Shown: positions 8,313 to 18,700 of the stretch, in pieces
Layout: the number at the start of each line of letters is the position of its first letter
Numbering within the stretch: position 1 is the stretch's first letter
Source of the DNA: Flavobacterium sp.
Lineage (GTDB): Bacteria; Bacteroidota; Bacteroidia; Flavobacteriales; Flavobacteriaceae
Assembly (NCBI RefSeq): GCF_046155325.1
Contig: NZ_JBJXDQ010000003.1
Location: 4,804-68,803 of the forward strand
DNA: 64,000 nt
Direction of reading: 5' to 3'
Position numbers and translations under genes: made by a program
The notes under the pieces: model-generated
Told to the model about the DNA's origin: nothing
The model's input: the letters and a program-made list of their open reading frames with translations, nothing else
The model's database searches: none

Positions 8313-9368
8313 TTATTTAAATATATTAATGTTTTTAAAATTTAATATAATATATTCAAAAGCAGCATTTAAAACCTCCCCCATTGTTTTAGCAGTTTTA
8401 AAGCTAACATCATTTGTATAATCAAATAATTCTAGCTTAAGTTTTTCTATATGCAATTCTGGAGCAATAGTATCATTACTCATGATTTTTAATAATTTCT
8501 GAATTCTATTACCTGCAGAATGGACTCTTTTGGCCAACGCGGCTCTTTCTTCATTTTTATATTGCTCTATAGAAGTGGCTTGTAATTTTTTTTTGACTAA
8601 CTGAACCATTGGAAAATTCTCTTTAAAAAATTGTGGCCTATAAAATTTAAATTTTCCTTCATAACACTGTTGGTCAAAATCAATAGGTCGAATTCTAAAA
8701 ACAACTTGGTCAAAATCATGAATTGGCAAAACAACATAATTATAAGCCCTCATATCTCCCAGAAGCCTAATCATGCAACGTTCATTAAACTTTACAAATT
8801 CTTTTGCAATTTGAGATTTTTCAGTTTCAGCACATTTTTCTAGCAATGTTTCCATAAATACGTCGCCAGGAATACCAATAATATGTTCTTCGATTAAGGT
8901 ATCATCATGAACTAAAAAATTTATTTTGTCTGGAGATAAAATATGCTCTAGCTCAAGTCCATAAATTCTAGAAGCATCAGCTTTTTTGATATAAAAATGC
9001 ACGTAATTATCATTGAGAATATTTCTAACTTTAATCCTAAAGGGTTTCGAGTTTCCAAAAGTACAATAATCAATGGCATCAATATTTAAGTATTTTATTA
9101 TTTCTAAATTCCCATCTGAATGTAATAAAGAATAGACTTTTTTTAAATTCAAATCAATTTCGCTCCTCTCATGTTCATTATAAAAAACACGAGCCCATAA
9201 AGTATCTTTCTCGTTTTTATCATATACATTTATTGAACCAGAAAAACGCAACAAATCATCATAACAAACCGATACTTTAGAAATTCGATCATAACGTTCT
9301 AAATATTCGAAAAGAGATTGATTTATTGGGTAGGTGATTTTTTTTAGCTGAACTGAAGATTCACTCAT
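8313..9368 (-). CDS. Conserved hypothetical protein, possible atypical (HipA/PI3K-like) kinase fold
   Basis: 351-aa ORF; LLGDMRAYNY and IRPIDFD resemble kinase catalytic-loop and DFG-like motifs. Confidence 0.6.
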   Translation of the reverse strand: MSESSVQLKKITYPINQSLFEYLERYDRISKVSVCYDDLLRFSGSINVYDKNEKDTLWARVFYNEHERSEIDLNLKKVYSLLHSDGNLEIIKYLNIDAIDYCTFGNSKPFRIKVRNILNDNYVHFYIKKADASRIYGLELEHILSPDKINFLVHDDTLIEEHIIGIPGDVFMETLLEKCAETEKSQIAKEFVKFNERCMIRLLGDMRAYNYVVLPIHDFDQVVFRIRPIDFDQQCYEGKFKFYRPQFFKENFPMVQLVKKKLQATSIEQYKNEERAALAKRVHSAGNRIQKLLKIMSNDTIAPELHIEKLKLELFDYTNDVSFKTAKTMGEVLNAAFEYIILNFKNINIFK

Positions 9369-9532
9369 TTTGAATATATTTAATGCAAATTTACGCTAAA
9401 TTATAATTCAACTGTAACAAAAACAATGCTTGAACGTTCTATTAATAATAAAACCAATAAATAGAAAAAACCATATATCTTCCTCATTTATTGATTATTT
9501 AAAAAAAGAGATTTATTGTATATTTGTGAGGT

Positions 9533-11374
9533 ATGAAATGTTTAAAAATATTTTCCCATTTTGCAATTATATGCTGCTCCTACTCAAACGCACTAGGGCA
9601 AATTACTGTAAAAGATGATAAATCAGCAGATGAGTTAGTTTCGATTTTAACTAACAATAGTCCCTGCATAATTGTTTCTCCCGCATCCGTTAAAGGAGAC
9701 ACATTTACACCTGGAAAAAATAGTTATGGTTATTTTAACAAATCAACTAGTGGCTTTCCTTTTTCGGAAGGTATTATACTTAATACCGATAGTGCAACAA
9801 ACGCAATTGGTCCCTATAATTCGGGAGATAGTGGAGGAGGAAAACCTTCTTGGTCAGGAGATACCGATTTAAATTCAATTTTAGGAATTAGCACTGTAAA
9901 CGCAACGGTATTAGAATTTGACTTTGTTCCATTAACGAATTACATTAGTTTCAACTATATATTTGCTTCAAATGAATACCAGCTCTATTTTCCTTGCTAT
10001 TATTCTGATGGATTTGCTTTTTTAATTAAGGAGAATATTTCTGGATCTACTTATAAAAATTTGGCGGTTATACCTAATTCTTTCACACCTGTATCGTCAA
10101 AAAATATTCATCCAATTATAAATGATTATAGCGATAGTACCGGTTTTTACAAAGGTTGCCCTTCAATAGCTGAAAATTATTTTAATGGGTATAATACTAA
10201 TATAAGTCCAATAAATTATAGTGGACAAACCAAAGTAATGAAAGCGACAACATCAGTTATTGCTAACCAAAGTTATCATATAAAATTAGTAATTGCAGAT
10301 GATAGAAACATTCGTTTTGACTCAGCTATTTTTATTGAAGCAGGAAGTTTTGAACCAAAAATAGACTTGGGACCAGATCAATTATTAATTACAAATAACC
10401 CTGTGTGTTTTGGAGATCCTTTTGTATTGGATACAAAATTATCCCCAACTTACACATACAAATGGTTCAAAAATGGTGATACCACCCCAATACCTGGTGA
10501 AATATATCCTACCTTAAATGTAACTGATTCAGGAACCTATTCTGCTTCAGTAGATATTGGTTCTGGGTGTATTGCTACTGGTGAAATTAAAATTGAATTC
10601 GCCCCTCTAATAGTTTTGAATCCTATTAATGAAGGTAAATGCGATGAAGATGGGTCTGGAACTGCAACTTTTGATCTAACTAAAGTGGAAACGAAAATCA
10701 AAAACCTTGATCCCAAAATAAGTACTGTAACGTTTTATGAAACTCAGGCTGGAGCTGTATTATATGACCCTATTGTAAACCCAGGCTCTTTTGTTAAAAC
10801 TTCAGTCACAGACCAAGAAATTTATTATGAAGTAAGAAGTATTTACGACTGTACTGCAGTATCGACCATAACGCTAACAACACAATCAAGTAATTTTATT
10901 CCTGGAATTGGTAAACCACCAATGGTAAACGATTTTTTGGGTAATGATAATTCAGTGGAATTAATTCCACCATCAACAGCTGGTCCTTATGAATTTTCAT
11001 TAGACGGAATTAATTATCAAGCATCTAATGTATTTACTGGTCTCTCTATTGGAAATTACACAGCTTATATAAGAGATACTATTACCTGTGAATATAGTAT
11101 TTATGAATTAACTATTCTCGATTATCCTAAATTTTTCACCCCAAATGAGGATGGATATAATGATAACTGGGAAATAAAAAACTTGGATTTATTTCCAAAA
11201 GCTATAGTTTCTATTTTTGACCGCTTTGGAAAATTAGTAGCACAAATAAATACTTTAAAAAATTCATGGGATGGTAAGCTAAATGGTATTAAATTACCCT
11301 CAGATGATTATTGGTTTTCCCTAAACTTTGGGGACGGAAAAATAGTAAAAGGTCACTTTACGTTGAAAAGATAA
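9533..11374 (+). CDS. T9SS type B sorting domain protein (choice-of-anchor L-like N-terminus)
   Basis: Signal peptide; FNYIFASNEY..YSDGFAF; C-terminal FFTPNEDGYNDNW..IFDRFGK..WDG..LPSDDYWF..KGHFTLKR. Confidence 0.85.
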   Translation: MKCLKIFSHFAIICCSYSNALGQITVKDDKSADELVSILTNNSPCIIVSPASVKGDTFTPGKNSYGYFNKSTSGFPFSEGIILNTDSATNAIGPYNSGDSGGGKPSWSGDTDLNSILGISTVNATVLEFDFVPLTNYISFNYIFASNEYQLYFPCYYSDGFAFLIKENISGSTYKNLAVIPNSFTPVSSKNIHPIINDYSDSTGFYKGCPSIAENYFNGYNTNISPINYSGQTKVMKATTSVIANQSYHIKLVIADDRNIRFDSAIFIEAGSFEPKIDLGPDQLLITNNPVCFGDPFVLDTKLSPTYTYKWFKNGDTTPIPGEIYPTLNVTDSGTYSASVDIGSGCIATGEIKIEFAPLIVLNPINEGKCDEDGSGTATFDLTKVETKIKNLDPKISTVTFYETQAGAVLYDPIVNPGSFVKTSVTDQEIYYEVRSIYDCTAVSTITLTTQSSNFIPGIGKPPMVNDFLGNDNSVELIPPSTAGPYEFSLDGINYQASNVFTGLSIGNYTAYIRDTITCEYSIYELTILDYPKFFTPNEDGYNDNWEIKNLDLFPKAIVSIFDRFGKLVAQINTLKNSWDGKLNGIKLPSDDYWFSLNFGDGKIVKGHFTLKR

Positions 11375-11394
11375 TTTTTCATTTTTTTTAAAAT

Positions 11395-12502
11395 GCTGTG
11401 TTCAACTCATAAGTGCAACAAACTTATTATTTAGAGTTTCAATTGGACTAAGGTAATTAAATTTTCTTATAGGTCTGTTATTAATTGATAATTCTACTTG
11501 TTTAATTCTTTCATTAGTTACATTTCGTAAATCAGTTTTCTTTGGAAAAAATCTTCTAATTACACCTATTCTATTTTCTACAGTTCCTTTTTCTTGCGAA
11601 GTATATGGTGTTGTAAAATAGGTTTTTAGATTAAATCTATTGGCGATTTCAGTATGTCCAGCAAACTCTTTTCCGTTGTCAAATGTGATTGATTTTAAAT
11701 AACTCGAATTGAATATGGAGAGTCTTTCTATTATTTTCTGTGTGACTTCTAATGATGTTTTTCCCTGCAACTTATCTATCATGGTAATTAACGTAGTTCG
11801 GTCTGTAAGGACTAGTAATTCTGATTTGTGGTCTTTTCCCATCATTAAATCTGCTTCTAAATCTCCAATTCTTTTTCTTTGTTCAATAACTGCTGGTCTT
11901 TCACTTATATGCTGACGGTTTAGAATTGCTCCTCGTGTGTCTTTTATATTTCCTCTTTTTTGTCTCCTTTTACCATGTTTCAATTCTTGATAAAACGTCT
12001 TAAAAAGTTTATTTTCTAGCCTATTAGTATGTTTTGATTCCCATATCCACTTATATATTGTTTCATGGCTAACGGTAATCTTTCCTTCTAATTTCCAGCG
12101 CTTTGATATTAATTCTGGACTCCATTTATCCAGAGTCATTTTATCAAATATAGCTTGCTTTAAATCAGGAGTTAATAAAACCCTTTTGTGTTTTTCCTTA
12201 TGACGATTACGAGTTTTTCGCTCTGCATTTGCAGCACAGTATTCGCCAGAACCTCTTCCTCTTTTGGGTATGGATCTTTTTAATTCCCTACCAATTGTAC
12301 TACGGTGAACACCTAGCTGATCGGCTATCTTTGTTTGATTAAAACCAGCTTGTAATAGAGCTTCGATTTGGTATCTTTGCTCAACGGTTAGTTGTTTATA
12401 TTTTTTCATGCAAGACAAATTTAGGCTTTTGACCTTAAACACTTGGGGGATAACTCCAAGTGTTTTTAATTTTATCTGTTGCACTTATAGCTTGAACTTA
12501 CA
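11395..12502 (-). mobile_element. IS30-family insertion sequence (IS4351-like ends)
   Basis: 26-bp imperfect terminal IRs at 11395-11420 and 12477-12502 (19/26 matching); AAT duplicated at 11392-11394 and 12503-12505; encloses the transposase. Confidence 0.9.
11402..12409 (-). CDS. IS30-family transposase
   Basis: HTH (IADQLGVHRSTIGRELKR), WSPELI, VSHETIY, DDE region (GDLEADL, SITFDNGKEF, KGTVENRIG); ATG at 12409. Confidence 0.95.
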   Translation of the reverse strand: MKKYKQLTVEQRYQIEALLQAGFNQTKIADQLGVHRSTIGRELKRSIPKRGRGSGEYCAANAERKTRNRHKEKHKRVLLTPDLKQAIFDKMTLDKWSPELISKRWKLEGKITVSHETIYKWIWESKHTNRLENKLFKTFYQELKHGKRRQKRGNIKDTRGAILNRQHISERPAVIEQRKRIGDLEADLMMGKDHKSELLVLTDRTTLITMIDKLQGKTSLEVTQKIIERLSIFNSSYLKSITFDNGKEFAGHTEIANRFNLKTYFTTPYTSQEKGTVENRIGVIRRFFPKKTDLRNVTNERIKQVELSINNRPIRKFNYLSPIETLNNKFVALMS

Positions 12503-12554
12503 AATAAAAAAAACCACTCAAAAGAATGGTTTTAGTTTATTATGAAAATACAGA

Positions 12555-14351
12555 TTAGAATTTGAATCTTTTTCTATCCGTTTCTGTCAAATATATTTTA
12601 CGCAAACGAATCGATTTTGGTGTAACCTCAACATATTCGTCTTTCTGAATGTATTCTAAAGCTTCTTCTAATGAGAAAATGATTGGAGGAATAATTCTAG
12701 CTTTTTCATCATTTCCAGACGAACGCACATTCGATTGTTTTTTCTCTTTAGTCACATTCACACACATATCATCTCCACGAGAGTTTTCTCCAATTACTTG
12801 ACCTTCGTAAATTTCGGCATTTGGCTCAACAAAAAACTTACCACGATCTTGTAATTTATCGATAGAATACGGAATCGCTTTTCCTTTTTCCATAGAAATC
12901 AATGACCCTTTGTTACGTCCAGAAATCTCTCCTTTGTAAGGCTCATATCCTATAAAACGGTGTGCCATAATGGCTTCACCGGCAGTAGCAGTCAATAATT
13001 GATTACGCAATCCAATAATTCCACGAGATGGAATATTAAATTTCACAACCATACGTTCGCCTTTAGTTTCCATAGAAAGCATTTCACCTTTACGCAAAGT
13101 AACAAACTCAACTGCTCTTCCCGAAAGCGTTTCTGGTAAATCGATGGTTAATTCCTCAATTGGTTCGCATTTTTTACCATCAATTTCTTTGATGATAACT
13201 TGTGGTTGACCAATTTGCATTTCGTATCCTTCTCTTCTCATCGTTTCGATAAGAACCGACAAGTGCAATACGCCACGACCAAAAACCATAAACTTATCTG
13301 CAGAATCGGTTTCACCCAATTTCATGGCTAAATTTTTCTCTAATTCTTTTGTTAATCGATCTCTAATATGACGAGAAGTTACAAATTTACCTTCTTTTCC
13401 AAAGAAAGGTGAATCATTAATGGTAAACAACATACTCATGGTAGGTTCGTCGATATCAATGGTTTTTAAGGCTTCTGGATTTTCAAAATCGGCAATAGTA
13501 TCTCCAATTTCAAACCCTTCAACTCCAATAATAGCACAAATATCACCTGCAATTACTTCTTGCACTTTTTTACGCCCAAGACCTTCAAAAGTGTGTAATT
13601 CTTTAATTCTAGATTTTGAAATAGCTCCATCTCTTTTTACCAAAGAAATTGGCATTCCTTCTTTCAAAACACCTCTTTCTAATCTTCCAATTGCGATACG
13701 GCCTGTAAATGCTGAGAAATCTAATGATGTAATCAACATTTGAGGCGTTCCTTCAGAAACTTTAGGGGCTGGAACATTTTCAATTACCATATCCAACAAG
13801 GCTTCCACATTATCAGTTATGTTATCCCAATGATCTGACATCCAGTTATTTTTAGCCGAACCGTAAACCGTTGGGAAATCCAATTGCCACTCTTCAGCAC
13901 CTAATTCAAACATTAGGTCGAAAACTTTTTCATGTACTTCTTCTGGAGTACAGTTTTCTTTATCTACCTTATTAATTACCACGCAAGGTTTTAAACCTAA
14001 GTCAATCGCTTTTTGCAATACAAAACGCGTTTGAGGCATAGGCCCTTCAAAAGCATCTACTAATAAACAAACTCCATCAGCCATATTTAGCACTCTTTCA
14101 ACTTCTCCACCAAAATCGGCGTGACCAGGAGTGTCAATAATGTTGATTTTGGTTCCTTTATAAACTACCGAAACATTTTTTGAAGTAATAGTAATACCTC
14201 TTTCGCGCTCAAGGTCATTATTATCAAGGATTAAGTCGCCTGTATTTTCGTTGTCACGAAATAATTGACAGTGATACATAATTTTATCAACCAAAGTGGT
14301 TTTACCGTGATCGACGTGAGCAATAATTGCAATGTTTCTAATAGCTTCCAT
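12555..14351 (-). CDS. typA: Translational GTPase TypA/BipA
   Basis: RNIAIIAHVDHGKTTLVD, ERERGITI, DTPGHADFGGEVER; ATG at 14351. Confidence 0.97.
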   Translation of the reverse strand: MEAIRNIAIIAHVDHGKTTLVDKIMYHCQLFRDNENTGDLILDNNDLERERGITITSKNVSVVYKGTKINIIDTPGHADFGGEVERVLNMADGVCLLVDAFEGPMPQTRFVLQKAIDLGLKPCVVINKVDKENCTPEEVHEKVFDLMFELGAEEWQLDFPTVYGSAKNNWMSDHWDNITDNVEALLDMVIENVPAPKVSEGTPQMLITSLDFSAFTGRIAIGRLERGVLKEGMPISLVKRDGAISKSRIKELHTFEGLGRKKVQEVIAGDICAIIGVEGFEIGDTIADFENPEALKTIDIDEPTMSMLFTINDSPFFGKEGKFVTSRHIRDRLTKELEKNLAMKLGETDSADKFMVFGRGVLHLSVLIETMRREGYEMQIGQPQVIIKEIDGKKCEPIEELTIDLPETLSGRAVEFVTLRKGEMLSMETKGERMVVKFNIPSRGIIGLRNQLLTATAGEAIMAHRFIGYEPYKGEISGRNKGSLISMEKGKAIPYSIDKLQDRGKFFVEPNAEIYEGQVIGENSRGDDMCVNVTKEKKQSNVRSSGNDEKARIIPPIIFSLEEALEYIQKDEYVEVTPKSIRLRKIYLTETDRKRFKF

Positions 14352-14513
14352 CTGTTTTTTTTTGAAGTTGCAAAGGTACACTTTATTTTAATATAAAATA
14401 TACATAGAATTTAATAGTTTACAGTATAATAACTTTAAAGAATTTTAACTTTAAAATGCTACAACATTAATTTTCTAACATATAATATTGAAATATTTAT
14501 TTATATTTGAATA

Positions 14514-16217
14514 ATGAAAAACAAGAATAATAAAGTACTATTTATATATATTTTCACATCACTGTTATTGGTGCTTATTTTTAATGCAATCCTTTTAAAA
14601 TATACTATTAACCCAATTTTAATTTTAGTTAAAGACATTCTATTTGTTTTGGTAATCGCTTTGATTACAAAAATAATTTTAACCAATAAAGAAATTAGGT
14701 ACAATAAAATTTTTAAAAGGCTTATTGACACCAATACTAAAATTAAAGAAATTAACGAACTAAATGATATTGTATCTAAAGCTACAAGTGATATAATTAG
14801 AGACTGGAGGATTCAAGAAGATAACATTATTTGGAGTAAGGGCGTTTTAGACGTTTTTGGATTCAATGAAAATCAAATTGGAAACAACTGTTCTTGGTGG
14901 TTTGAGAACATTCACCCTGAAGACAGTATTAAAATGTCAATAAGACTGTATTCCTTATTAGAACAAAAAACGGAACGATGGCAAGATCAATATCGATTTA
15001 AGTGTTCGGATGGAACCTATAAATTTGTTTTGGACAGAGGTTATATTATGAAAGATAAAAACGGAAAATCTATTAGGATGATAGCCGCCATTCAAGATAT
15101 AACGAAACAAAAAGAAGAGGAACAAAGGCTTAAATTGCTTGAAACAGTAATTACCAATACCAGAAACTCAATAATTATTACAGAACCAAAATCATTTGAG
15201 GGCAACATACCAAAGATTGTTTATGCAAACCCTGCTTTTTTTAATATGACTGGTTACTCTACAGATCAAATAATAGGTAAATCTCCAAGTCTTTTTAATG
15301 GTCCTAATTCAGATGACAAAGAATATAAAAAACTAATTACTGCAATTGAAAGTGAAAAAGAATGCGAAGTAGAAACTATAAGCTACAATAAAAACAAAGA
15401 ATCATATTGGGTTAACTTTTCTATGATTCCTGTAATTAATACAGATGAAGAATTAACACACTGGATTTCGATTCAAAGGGACATTACTGTTGAGAAAAAG
15501 CAAGAGGTTGAAAAAGAACAGCTAATTAGCGAACTAACAAGAAACAATAAAGATTTAAAACAATTTTCATACATTACTTCTCATAATCTTAGAGCCCCTT
15601 TGTCTAATTTAACTGGACTTCTAAATTTACTTGAAGATATTCAAATAGAAGACCCTGAATTGAAAGAAATATTAGATGGGTTTAATAAATCTACCCATCA
15701 TTTAAATGAAACTATTAGCGATTTGGTAAAAGTAGTTGTAATCAAAGACAATCTTTCAATTCAAAAAGAAGACGTTAATTTAAATGACATCTTTGAGAAT
15801 GTATTTAGCCAACTAGATTTTCTTATCGGAATTCATAAGCCAATTTTGAAAATTAATTTTGAAAAAGCAGCTATCATAAATACTAATAAAGCCTATCTTG
15901 AAAGTATTTTATTGAATTTATTAACGAATTCATTAAAATATAAATCAGACAAACACCCACTAAAAATAAATATTTCAACTAAAAAGGATGGGGAAGATAC
16001 AGTTTTGACATTTCAGGATAATGGAATTGGAATTGATTTAGTTAGAAATGGAGAAAAGATTTTTGGACTTTACCAGAGATTTCACACTCATGTTGAAGGT
16101 AAAGGATTAGGATTATACTTAGTGAGATCTCAAGTAGAAACTATGGGAGGTAAAATATTTGTTGATAGCGAAGTCGACAAAGGAACTACTTATACAATTA
16201 CATTTAATAACAAATAA
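14514..16217 (+). CDS. PAS-domain sensor histidine kinase
   Basis: Two N-terminal TM helices, PAS/PAC domains, SHNLRAPL H-box, NSLKY, DNGIG, GKGLGL. Confidence 0.92.
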   Translation: MKNKNNKVLFIYIFTSLLLVLIFNAILLKYTINPILILVKDILFVLVIALITKIILTNKEIRYNKIFKRLIDTNTKIKEINELNDIVSKATSDIIRDWRIQEDNIIWSKGVLDVFGFNENQIGNNCSWWFENIHPEDSIKMSIRLYSLLEQKTERWQDQYRFKCSDGTYKFVLDRGYIMKDKNGKSIRMIAAIQDITKQKEEEQRLKLLETVITNTRNSIIITEPKSFEGNIPKIVYANPAFFNMTGYSTDQIIGKSPSLFNGPNSDDKEYKKLITAIESEKECEVETISYNKNKESYWVNFSMIPVINTDEELTHWISIQRDITVEKKQEVEKEQLISELTRNNKDLKQFSYITSHNLRAPLSNLTGLLNLLEDIQIEDPELKEILDGFNKSTHHLNETISDLVKVVVIKDNLSIQKEDVNLNDIFENVFSQLDFLIGIHKPILKINFEKAAIINTNKAYLESILLNLLTNSLKYKSDKHPLKINISTKKDGEDTVLTFQDNGIGIDLVRNGEKIFGLYQRFHTHVEGKGLGLYLVRSQVETMGGKIFVDSEVDKGTTYTITFNNK

Positions 16218-16222
16218 AAAAA

Positions 16223-16630
16223 ATGTTAGATAAAATTTTATGTATAGATGATGACGCAATAACTTTAATGTTATGCAAAATGATTATTGTAAAGAATTCA
16301 TTTTCTAAAGAAATTGCGACCGCTTCTAACGGGGAAGATGCCTTAAATTACTTTAAAGCACTCCAAAAGAATCGTATTGAAGCACAGTCAACAATACTTC
16401 CGCAATTAATTTTTTTAGATTTAAACATGCCAATTATGGGAGGATGGGAATTTATAAATGTTTTTAGCACAGATGAATTTTCAGAATTCCATTCCATAAA
16501 AATTATAATTTTATCCTCAACCATTGACCCCTCTGATTTAGAAAAATCAAAAAAATACCCTATGGTTTTAGATTTTTTATCAAAGCCTATTTCAAAAGAA
16601 ATGTTAGGATATATTAAATCTAAAATTTAA
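16223..16630 (+). CDS. Single-domain response regulator
   Basis: IDDD, LDLNMP, KP motifs; 5 nt downstream of the kinase. Confidence 0.92.
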   Translation: MLDKILCIDDDAITLMLCKMIIVKNSFSKEIATASNGEDALNYFKALQKNRIEAQSTILPQLIFLDLNMPIMGGWEFINVFSTDEFSEFHSIKIIILSSTIDPSDLEKSKKYPMVLDFLSKPISKEMLGYIKSKI

Positions 16631-16670
16631 TCATAAAAAAAGCCTCAAATACTTGAGGCTATTTTATGAT
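16631..16670. terminator. Bidirectional terminator
   Basis: agcctcaa/ttgaggct stem with A and T flanks between convergent genes. Confidence 0.75.
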
Positions 16671-16684
16671 TAAACACAAAACAA

Positions 16685-16936
16685 TTACAATTTAGCAACG
16701 TGTTTTGTTAATTTAGATTTCAAATTAGAAGCTTTGTTATCATGAATGATATTCTTTTTTGCTAATTTATCAATCATCGAAATTACACTTGATAATTTAG
16801 ATGTTGCATCAACTTTATCCGTAGCTATTCTTAATGCTTTAATTGCATTACGAGTAGTTTTATGTTGGTATCTATTTAAAACTCTTTTTTTCTCGTTGCT
16901 TCTAATTCTCTTTAAAGCTGACTTGTGATTTGCCAT
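16685..16936 (-). CDS. rpsT: 30S ribosomal protein S20
   Basis: MANHKSALKRIR..IIHDNKASNLKSKL. Confidence 0.97.
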   Translation of the reverse strand: MANHKSALKRIRSNEKKRVLNRYQHKTTRNAIKALRIATDKVDATSKLSSVISMIDKLAKKNIIHDNKASNLKSKLTKHVAKL

Positions 16937-16972
16937 TTTCTTAAATGATTTTTTCTTAAATTATTTTTTTTG

Positions 16973-17044
16973 TAGTCCCTGGGGGAATCGAACCCCCCTT
17001 ACCAGGATGAAAACCTGGCGTCCTAACCGATAGACGAAGGGACC
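16973..17044 (-). tRNA. tRNA-Glu (TTC), CCA not encoded
   Basis: GGTCCCT/AGGGACT acceptor stem, CCAGG-TT TTC AT-CCTGG anticodon arm, GGGGG-TTCGATT-CCCCC T arm. Confidence 0.95.
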
Positions 17045-17122
17045 AAACTTCTGTAATGCGGATGCAAAAATACAACTATTTTTTAGACGTACAATAGTAG
17101 AGGCAAAAAAAAAAATATTTTT

Positions 17123-18601
17123 TTAATATGCCTTTGCAAACAACACTCTTCCAATTGAAGAATTTCCAGTAAATACACAGTTTCCAGCTTGATTAACCCT
17201 GTCTAAGGGTGTGCATCTTATAGTAGCTTTTGTTAAATTCTTAATTTTTTCTTCAGTCTCTGGTGTTCCATCCCAATGAGCTGACAAAAATCCACCTTTA
17301 CTTTCTAAAACTTCCTTAAACTCCTCAAAACTATTGACTTCCGTAATATGAGTGTCTCGATAAATCAATGCTCTATTGAATAAATCTTCTTGAATTTGAT
17401 TTAATAAATTTTTAATATATGTAGCAATTCCATCCTTAACAACAGTGTCTTTTGTCAAATTATCTCTTCTAGCCACTTCAAAAGTTCCATTTTCAAGATC
17501 TTTTGGTCCAATTGCAATTCGAACCGGAACACCTTTTAACTCCCATTCAGCAAATTTAAATCCTGGTTTTTGCGTAGTTCTGTTATCGTATTTAACCGAA
17601 ATATTTAATTTTTTAAACTCTTTTACCAGAAAATCTACCTCAGTTGTAATCTGCTCTAATTGCTCATCATTTTTGTAAATTGGCACAATTACAACTTGAA
17701 TTGGAGCTAAATTTGGTGGTAGAACCAATCCTTGATCATCGGAATGTGTCATTACTAACGCACCCATTAATCGAGTAGAAACCCCCCATGAAGTTCCCCA
17801 AACATAATCTTGTTTTCCTTCAGAATTAGCAAATTTAACATCAAAGGCTTTCGCAAAATTCTGACCTAAAAAATGTGATGTTCCAGCCTGTAGCGCTTTA
17901 CCATCTTGCATCAAAGCTTCAATACAAAACGTTTCTTCAGCTCCAGCAAAACGCTCTGATTCTGTTTTCAATCCCTTAATAACTGGAATTGCCATAAAAT
18001 TCTCTGCAAAATCAGCGTATACATGCATCATTTTTTCAGATTCTTCGATAGCTTCTGATTTTGTTGCATGCGCCGTATGCCCTTCTTGCCATAAAAACTC
18101 TGCCGTTCTAAGAAACAAACGAGTACGCATTTCCCAACGAACCACATTAGCCCATTGGTTGATTAGCAAAGGTAAATCTCTGTAAGATTGCACCCAACCT
18201 TTATAAGTAGACCAAATTATAGCTTCACTTGTAGGACGAACTATCAACTCCTCTTCTAATTTAGCATTTGGGTCTACCATTAACTTTCCTGGATTATCAG
18301 GATCGTTTTTTAATCTATAATGAGTAACAATAGCACATTCTTTAGCAAAACCTTCTGCGTTTTTTTCCTCGGCTTCAAACATACTTTTGGGAACAAACAA
18401 AGGGAAATAAGCATTTTGATGTCCTGTTTCTTTAAACATTCGGTCTAATTCAGCTTGCATCTTTTCCCAAATTGCATATCCATAAGGCTTGATAACCATG
18501 CAGCCTCTAACTCCTGAATTTTCGGCTAAATCGGCTTTAACCACCAGCTCGTTATACCATTTTGAATAATCTTCTGCTCGTGTAGTAAGGTTCTTGCTCA
18601 T
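17123..18601 (-). CDS. proS: Proline--tRNA ligase (archaeal/eukaryote-like type)
   Basis: [37 protein letters not shown]-terminal AKAY. Confidence 0.96.
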   Translation of the reverse strand: MSKNLTTRAEDYSKWYNELVVKADLAENSGVRGCMVIKPYGYAIWEKMQAELDRMFKETGHQNAYFPLFVPKSMFEAEEKNAEGFAKECAIVTHYRLKNDPDNPGKLMVDPNAKLEEELIVRPTSEAIIWSTYKGWVQSYRDLPLLINQWANVVRWEMRTRLFLRTAEFLWQEGHTAHATKSEAIEESEKMMHVYADFAENFMAIPVIKGLKTESERFAGAEETFCIEALMQDGKALQAGTSHFLGQNFAKAFDVKFANSEGKQDYVWGTSWGVSTRLMGALVMTHSDDQGLVLPPNLAPIQVVIVPIYKNDEQLEQITTEVDFLVKEFKKLNISVKYDNRTTQKPGFKFAEWELKGVPVRIAIGPKDLENGTFEVARRDNLTKDTVVKDGIATYIKNLLNQIQEDLFNRALIYRDTHITEVNSFEEFKEVLESKGGFLSAHWDGTPETEEKIKNLTKATIRCTPLDRVNQAGNCVFTGNSSIGRVLFAKAY

Positions 18602-18700
18602 ATTGAATAGTTTGGCACAAATTTTGTTTTATCTTTTTTAACTAAATAGTTCCGCAAAACTAACTATTTTTGTAATGTGCAACAATAAAAAAACGCAGAT

